Source: Promethearchaeota archaeon
GTDB taxonomy: Archaea; Asgardarchaeota; Lokiarchaeia; Sigyniarchaeales; SOKP01
DNA length: 32,000 nucleotides
NCBI GenBank assembly: GCA_030606485.1
Contig: JAUWGH010000011.1
Coordinates: 30,001-62,000, forward strand
Reading direction: 5' to 3'
Made by a program: the position numbers and the translations under genes. Below, piece by piece: positions 26,827 through 32,000 of this stretch; position 1 is the stretch's first letter; every line of letters begins with the position of its first letter. A model generated the notes under the pieces. The model was given only the letters and a program-made list of their open reading frames with translations, had not been told where the DNA came from and searched no databases.

Positions 26827-27735
26827 TTACCGTTTGATTTTTTTCTCTTTTTCTTTAATTTCAATGTTTTTTTTCTTAATTAAGTCTTTTAAATAATCAA
26901 TCTGACTAGTTTTTCTCATATTTTCTTCCTTTAAATTAGTAATTAATAGTCTTTGTTTTTTCAACTTCTCTTGTAAATCTCTAACAAGATTATGTACAGG
27001 TATTTCCTCCTCTTTAATCTCAATTATATGACCATTTGATTTAGATCCTTTCTTTCTTTCCTGTTCTAATTGTTGCTGAAGCTGAATTTTTTCTTTTCTA
27101 AGTAAACCCATGTTAATCTTTAATTCCCTATATTTTTTTTCTGTTTCTTCTAATTTCAACTGTAATTTTTTAGCATATGCACGTTTTTTTCCGTACTTAT
27201 CAATTAGATCATTTAATTTATTTAATTCTTCTCTATATGAGGATATTGATATTTCACTAATCTCTAAATCCGTTTTGAGGTGTTCAATTTCTCTATTTTT
27301 AAAATCAAATTCCTTTTTTATTTGATTTACCTCAACTCTCAGTTGATCTATGCTTTCCTCAATTTGTTCTTTTAATTCAATTCCTTCTTTTGGTTTTATT
27401 TCTTGTTTTATTTCTATTTTATCAAATTTTTTTGCAAGTTTAATACTTTTACTTCCTTCTATAAACTCAAGAAAATCACGGGGCTCTATCCCTTCGTCTA
27501 CAGGCACAACTGAATACTCCAAACCTACTTGCCCTCTAATATCTTGGCTTTTTTGAGCACCAATAAATTTCTTTCTAACTGATGATTCTGCCCCCTTCCA
27601 TAACCAAATTGTTTTATCAGGGGGATCACTGATGATAATATACACTTCAAAAGTCTTCAGGATATCCTTTATATCTTTATCGATTTGTATTTCTTCTATT
27701 TCTCCAGTTTCTAATACTTTAAATATCCGGATCAT
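26827..27735 (-). CDS. Single gelsolin/villin-like domain plus long coiled coil
   Basis: VYIII...IWLWKGAESSVRKKFIGAQKS..IRG...VDEGIEPRDFL resembles Asgard gelsolin domains (W.G..S, EG.E..F). Residues about 100-302 are heptad-rich. Confidence 0.8.
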   Translation of the reverse strand: MIRIFKVLETGEIEEIQIDKDIKDILKTFEVYIIISDPPDKTIWLWKGAESSVRKKFIGAQKSQDIRGQVGLEYSVVPVDEGIEPRDFLEFIEGSKSIKLAKKFDKIEIKQEIKPKEGIELKEQIEESIDQLRVEVNQIKKEFDFKNREIEHLKTDLEISEISISSYREELNKLNDLIDKYGKKRAYAKKLQLKLEETEKKYRELKINMGLLRKEKIQLQQQLEQERKKGSKSNGHIIEIKEEEIPVHNLVRDLQEKLKKQRLLITNLKEENMRKTSQIDYLKDLIKKKNIEIKEKEKKIKR

Positions 27736-27865
27736 ATTTTATGCCGTTGAGATTATCATAATTTTTTTGAATGTTAATAAGATAAATTTGTTTTTTATCC
27801 ATCAATGTAAAAATGCTAATATAATTTTTAAAATCTTTCCTAATTTTCGTATATCAATAACTTCC

Positions 27866-28387
27866 TTATCTTTTAGATTTCTCATCCAATGCCATTTTTG
27901 CAATCCTAGAGAAAATTTCAGATGCTCCTTCTTTTGAAACAACCGAAGTTTCAATATAGTTCAGTTTAAAATCTTCAATTAATTTCTCAACTTCCTTGTG
28001 AGATACAGTAAAAAAATTGGAATATCTTTTATTTCCCACAAGAAGTATAGGAATACCTACAGCATTCTTCCTAACTAAGTTAATCCAATCAGGCAAATTC
28101 TCGAAAGATCTCCGATCGGCAAAATCGAAAAATAATATCAACCCTTCAGCTCCTTTAACATACTGCGGGAATAAAAATTTGTACTTTTTTTCACTTCTAA
28201 AATTCCACAATTGTAGTTTTACTTTTATATTTGCGATCTCAACATTTTTACTGAAAAAATTAACTCCAATAGTAAGGCTCAGATCCTCCTCAAATAATTT
28301 AGGCTTATTAATATGACGTGATAAAAGCGCTTTCTTAATCCAGCCCTCGCCTAACATTAATATCTTAAATGTTTCATCAGTCTTCAT
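27866..28387 (-). CDS. Rab/Ras-like small GTPase fold with degenerate G1, G3, G4 and G5 motifs
   Basis: FKILMLG, TIGVNF, VKLQLW, YVKGAEGLILFFD, SFENL..W, PILLVGNK and YIETS show the Rab-like scaffold; the catalytic motifs are altered. Confidence 0.88.
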   Translation of the reverse strand: MKTDETFKILMLGEGWIKKALLSRHINKPKLFEEDLSLTIGVNFFSKNVEIANIKVKLQLWNFRSEKKYKFLFPQYVKGAEGLILFFDFADRRSFENLPDWINLVRKNAVGIPILLVGNKRYSNFFTVSHKEVEKLIEDFKLNYIETSVVSKEGASEIFSRIAKMALDEKSKR

Positions 28388-28457
28388 TTAAGATTTTTCC
28401 TCCACTCTAGTTAATTTAAATATCAAGTCTGAAATTAATCTCTTTTTTCTTCAATAT

Positions 28458-28802
28458 TCAGGTATCAATTAAGAAATCTCCTAATCCAGCTCCTAAACGA
28501 GGATATCTGGTTGTTGATAGAACTAATATTCGATTTTTGCCCGCGGCTATTATGAGGATTAAACCATTATCTCCCTCAATCATAATTCTCTTTAGATTTC
28601 CACGAGCAACCTCTAAAACCCCACGTTCTCCTAATGAAAATATCGCAGCGGTCATAGCGGCAATTATTGTATCATCGATCACCTCGGGAAAAACACTTAC
28701 AATAAGGGACCCCTCTATTGAAACAATTGCTCCAGCCTCAACGTCAGGATTGGACTTAACCAATCTTTTTAGATCTCGCTTAAGTGATTTTAAATCAACC
28801 AT
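28458..28802 (-). CDS. Roadblock/LC7 (MglB-like) protein, copy 2
   Basis: Nearly identical to 18419-18826 through RYPRLGAGLG, then a different short tail (DFLIDT). Confidence 0.9.
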   Translation of the reverse strand: MVDLKSLKRDLKRLVKSNPDVEAGAIVSIEGSLIVSVFPEVIDDTIIAAMTAAIFSLGERGVLEVARGNLKRIMIEGDNGLILIIAAGKNRILVLSTTRYPRLGAGLGDFLIDT

Positions 28803-28905
28803 TAATTTTTCATTGGATCATTATTTCTCAAATTTACTAAAAATAAATTTAGAAGATAAGTTATTTAATAATTGTGATAAGAATTAACTAAAATTTATTA
28901 ACCTT

Positions 28906-29100
28906 TTATTCAACCTTATTCCCGCAAATTTTACACACTTTTTGTCTATTTTTGAGTTTGCTACCGCAATTCTTATAAAATTTCCTGCTTTTTATTAACA
29001 CTTTTGTCTCATTATCAATTACTTTTATATTTCTATAGCCTTTTATTTTTTCTATTTCAAAGCCATCTAACGTTTTTATCAGTACATATACCTCGATCAC
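28906..29100 (-). CDS. Short double-zinc-ribbon ORF, possibly the remnant 3' end of a longer gene
   Basis: KFYKNCGSKL...KVCKICGNKVE, with the first Cys replaced by Tyr. GTG start. Homologous to the gelsolin tail at 26723-26812. Confidence 0.5.
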   Translation of the reverse strand: MIEVYVLIKTLDGFEIEKIKGYRNIKVIDNETKVLIKSRKFYKNCGSKLKNRQKVCKICGNKVE

Positions 29101-29410
29101 GTTTTGTTCTATTTCTCTTTTTATTGGAAAAAATAAGATTTTAATGTTCTTTATATCAATGCAAAATAAAGGTTCGACAAAAATCCGACAGAAATTTAAA
29201 ATCTCCTTGATAAAAGAGAGGGGAGACTAAAAGTAAAAAATAAAATTCACTAATTCTACAGCCTTTTGAAATTTTAATTCTAGAAATTGTATCTTCTCTT
29301 CATGAAAGGTATTATTACATCTTCAACTATTGTATCCTTCGCTTTAAGATTAAAGGCTTTGGATGTTTTAAAATATTTTATTTTCAATAAAAACAAAAGG
29401 AGGGGTTAAT

Positions 29411-29968
29411 ATGATTACGATAGAAAGTTTTCTGGATTTAAAGAATATTAAAATTCTAATAGATGTTTGCAATATATGTTATTGCCAAAAAACTGATGAT
29501 GGGAAACCTATTCTTGCCAACTTAATGTCAGTTTTACATCATTTGATTAAAGAATTAGAAATCCCGAGGCATAATATTATTTGTATTTCGGATCCTGGAG
29601 TTGTTAGGTATATGGATGATTCGAAAAAGTTCCAAAAAATGATAGATTCTGGAGAGGTCATAAAATCGCCGAAAACGGCAGATGAGTTCATTTTAGGGTT
29701 TGCACTTAGTTGCGACTTCTGTCTAATTATATCTAACGATAAATATAGAGACTATATTAAACAATTACCGAGTGAAGAATGGCTTCAAGATAGGAGTGTG
29801 AATTTTATGATAATTAATGGTGTAACGGTTTTAAGTCCTAATATCGAATTTGAGAAATTAAGCGGTAGAGTTGGAAAAACTTTTAGTGAAAAAATTAGTG
29901 AAAATATTGAAGAATTTATTGACATAACTAAATTAGAAAAAATTACGTTAAGTGAAAGAGATGTATAA
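29411..29968 (+). CDS. NYN/PIN-like ribonuclease, Zc3h12a (Regnase)-type
   Basis: ILIDVCNI, ISD, ADEFILGFA and LIISNDKYRDY retain the acidic PIN active-site residues. GGAGG SD. Confidence 0.8.
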   Translation: MITIESFLDLKNIKILIDVCNICYCQKTDDGKPILANLMSVLHHLIKELEIPRHNIICISDPGVVRYMDDSKKFQKMIDSGEVIKSPKTADEFILGFALSCDFCLIISNDKYRDYIKQLPSEEWLQDRSVNFMIINGVTVLSPNIEFEKLSGRVGKTFSEKISENIEEFIDITKLEKITLSERDV

Positions 29969-30058
29969 AAAACGCAATATATTTGGTGGGATATTAAAAA
30001 AAATAAAAGAAAATTAAGAGTAAAATATATTTATAATAAACCTTAATTGGTAAATTTT

Positions 30059-30838
30059 ATGAGTTGGGAGGAAAGAGAGATTTTATTAGTTGCAAAAACC
30101 TATCCTGTAAGAAGTAGATCTCATGGAAATACCGTATGTACTGCAGGGATTTTAGAAGATACAAATGAATGGGTAAGAATTTATCCAATCAGATGGATAA
30201 AATATGCTAAAAATAATTTAAAGAAATTTGTGCGCTTTAAAGCTCAAATTAAGAAAAATACTTCAGAATATCTACAAAGAAAAGATTCCTATAAAATCAG
30301 AGAACCTACAATCAGAATAACTGATGATAGTTTAACTAAAACTCAAAATAAAGGAGTCTGGCAAGAAAGAAAAAAGATATTATTAAAAACTCTCTCCAAT
30401 TCAATTGAAACTCTTAATGAAAAATTTAAGGAGGATAAAACATCATTAGGAATGATAAAACCAATAGCAAATTCAATAGAATTTTTGATTCTTAAACCAG
30501 TTGATGAAATTGAAATTGATGTTGAAAAATCAACTCAATATACCATTTTTGGAGAGAAATTAATAAAAGTTGATAAAATAGAAAATGTATTTAAATATAA
30601 ATTTAAATGTATTAATGTTAAATGTTCCACTCATAAAATGATATGTGAAGATTGGGAATTACTACAAGCTTTTAGAAAATTTAGAAAGATATACGATTCT
30701 GAAGAACTCGAAAAACAATTAAGAAATCAATTTTATGAAAAAATGATTAAATATAGAGATTTATATTTTATTGTAGGTACTCATTGGCAATTTCCTAAAT
30801 TTTTAATAATTGGACTTTTTTATCCCCCAAAAAGATAA
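30059..30838 (+). CDS. KTYP-motif protein, probable dual-OB-fold (DuOB-like) nucleic-acid binder
   Basis: LLVAKTYP...TVCTAGI...EWVRIYPI, SLGMIKP, FKYKFKC....C..H.MICEDWE and YFIVGT...F.IIGLFYPP. ATG at 30059 lies 29 nt after TTTATAA (30030-30036). The fold assignment is recalled or inferred. Confidence 0.65.
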   Translation: MSWEEREILLVAKTYPVRSRSHGNTVCTAGILEDTNEWVRIYPIRWIKYAKNNLKKFVRFKAQIKKNTSEYLQRKDSYKIREPTIRITDDSLTKTQNKGVWQERKKILLKTLSNSIETLNEKFKEDKTSLGMIKPIANSIEFLILKPVDEIEIDVEKSTQYTIFGEKLIKVDKIENVFKYKFKCINVKCSTHKMICEDWELLQAFRKFRKIYDSEELEKQLRNQFYEKMIKYRDLYFIVGTHWQFPKFLIIGLFYPPKR

Positions 30839-30851
30839 GAGATTAAATAAA

Positions 30852-31916
30852 ATGAAAATAAAAATTGAAAAAATAATAGTTGGAAAATATAATGTAAGAG
30901 AAAAATTTGAACAAGAATATTTAGAAGAAATAAAAGAAAGCCTAAAAATTGATGGGCAATGGAATCCTATAATTATAAGACCTATAGGAAATGGGAAATA
31001 TGAATTGATTTCAGGACATTATCGTTTACAAGCGGCCATAGAATTAGGTTGGAAAGAAATCGAGGCTACTGTAAAAGATATATCAGAAATTAATGCAGAT
31101 GTATTGTCTTTAAAAACAAATTTATTAAGATTGAATATGTCTCCAAGAGAACAAGGTAAAGTTATACATAATTTAATAACAAAATATGGGATTAGTCAAA
31201 ATGAATTAGCGGAAAAAATAGGAATGAGTCAGAGCAAAATTAGTCAATTATTAACAATTGTATTGAAATTACATAAATCTGTCGTTGATGCTTTAAATTT
31301 AAAAACCATAAATTATGGAATTGCATCTGTTATTGGAAGTCTTAGTTTAGAACAGCAACCTATTTTTTTAGAAATCATTTTGAATAGTAAAATCTCATCT
31401 CCAGCATTAGCAACAAAAATAAAGAATAAATTTTTAAATAACACCTTATATACGATTGGATATCAAGGACGAAATTCAGCTAATTTTATTGAAATTTTAG
31501 AAAAAAATGATATTAAACTTGTCGTTGATATTAGAAGTTCTGCAAAATCAGAAAAAAAACCAGAATTTAATGAAGAAATCCTGAGTCGAGAATTGGAGCG
31601 AAATGATATGAAATATAAACACTATCCAGAATTAGGTGTTCCATATATACTTCAAGAACCATATAAAGATGGAAAATTTTCATATGAGTGTTTAAAACAA
31701 TGGTACAATTGGCATATCAAAGAAAATGTTGAATTGGAAGAAATAATAAAATTTTTAAAAGATTCGGGACGGTCGGTAATATTATGTATGGAAAGATATG
31801 CAAAACCAACGAAAGAGCAAAAATATGCTTGCCACAGAAATATTCTTGCAGATTTAATTTTAAAATTTAAGGTTTCAGATCCCTTGCTTGAATTTAATAA
31901 AAGGATAGATTTATAA
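30852..31916 (+). CDS. ParB/Spo0J N-domain + HTH + DUF488 fusion
   Basis: ParB: NVR, LKIDGQWNPIIIR, LISGHYRLQAA, TNLLR. HTH: ISQNELAEKIGMSQSKISQLL. DUF488: LYTIGYQG, VVDIR, YPELG, ILCME...CHRNILA. ATG at 30852, 13 nt after the upstream stop, is preferred over 30810. Confidence 0.85.
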   Translation: MKIKIEKIIVGKYNVREKFEQEYLEEIKESLKIDGQWNPIIIRPIGNGKYELISGHYRLQAAIELGWKEIEATVKDISEINADVLSLKTNLLRLNMSPREQGKVIHNLITKYGISQNELAEKIGMSQSKISQLLTIVLKLHKSVVDALNLKTINYGIASVIGSLSLEQQPIFLEIILNSKISSPALATKIKNKFLNNTLYTIGYQGRNSANFIEILEKNDIKLVVDIRSSAKSEKKPEFNEEILSRELERNDMKYKHYPELGVPYILQEPYKDGKFSYECLKQWYNWHIKENVELEEIIKFLKDSGRSVILCMERYAKPTKEQKYACHRNILADLILKFKVSDPLLEFNKRIDL

Positions 31917-32000
31917 AATTATTTTTAATTTTAATTTATTTTAAAATAAAGATTTTCAGCTTTTTATGAAGATGATACTCATTTCTTTTATTTTCTTTAA

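Noticed and set aside
29263-29387. Possible 35-aa minus-strand ORF (MKIKYFKTSKAFNLKAKDTIVEDVIIPFMKRRYNF)
   Set aside because: It is short, has a TTG start, has no recognisable motif and overlaps the upstream region of the NYN gene.
30852-31916. Ordinary chromosome or plasmid partition gene
   Set aside because: There is no adjacent parA on the visible side and the C-terminal dimerisation domain is replaced by DUF488. Not fully excluded, because the downstream DNA is outside the window.
1-32000. tRNA, rRNA, IS element or provirus
   Set aside because: No cloverleaf or rRNA-like GC-rich tract, and no transposase, integrase, terminase or capsid motifs were seen. One phage-type gene is not enough to call a provirus.

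Overview
AT-rich archaeal DNA, most likely from an Asgard archaeon (Lokiarchaeia/Promethearchaeota). This is inferred from roadblock/LC7 proteins, a Rab-like small GTPase fold, a gelsolin-domain protein, many Cys zinc-ribbon tails and TATA-box promoters. The left half (1-16.5 kb) is accessory metabolism: GNAT, TrmO-like, GyrI-like plus ArsR, acetoacetate-decarboxylase family, FAD oxidase, amidohydrolase, methyltransferases (two ICMT-like), radical SAM, hydrolases, DUF523, a QueG-like Fe-S protein and small membrane proteins. The right half (17-32 kb) is heavily rearranged and rich in repeat proteins: WD40, two TPR genes, an LRR-winged-helix gene, a phage-type hypothetical gene, two near-identical roadblock genes, a GTPase with degenerate G-motifs, a gelsolin-coiled-coil gene, a NYN ribonuclease and a KTYP-motif gene beside a ParB-HTH-DUF488 fusion. 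I found several relics missing from the ORF track: an FAD-oxidase fragment, three ICMT fragments, a GH1 fragment, and a double zinc ribbon whose two halves lie about 7.8 kb apart. I saw no tRNA, rRNA, CRISPR array, transposase or integrase. The best candidates for undescribed systems are the ParB-DUF488 module and the roadblock/pseudo-GTPase/gelsolin cassette. All family calls come from motif recognition by eye, not from database searches.
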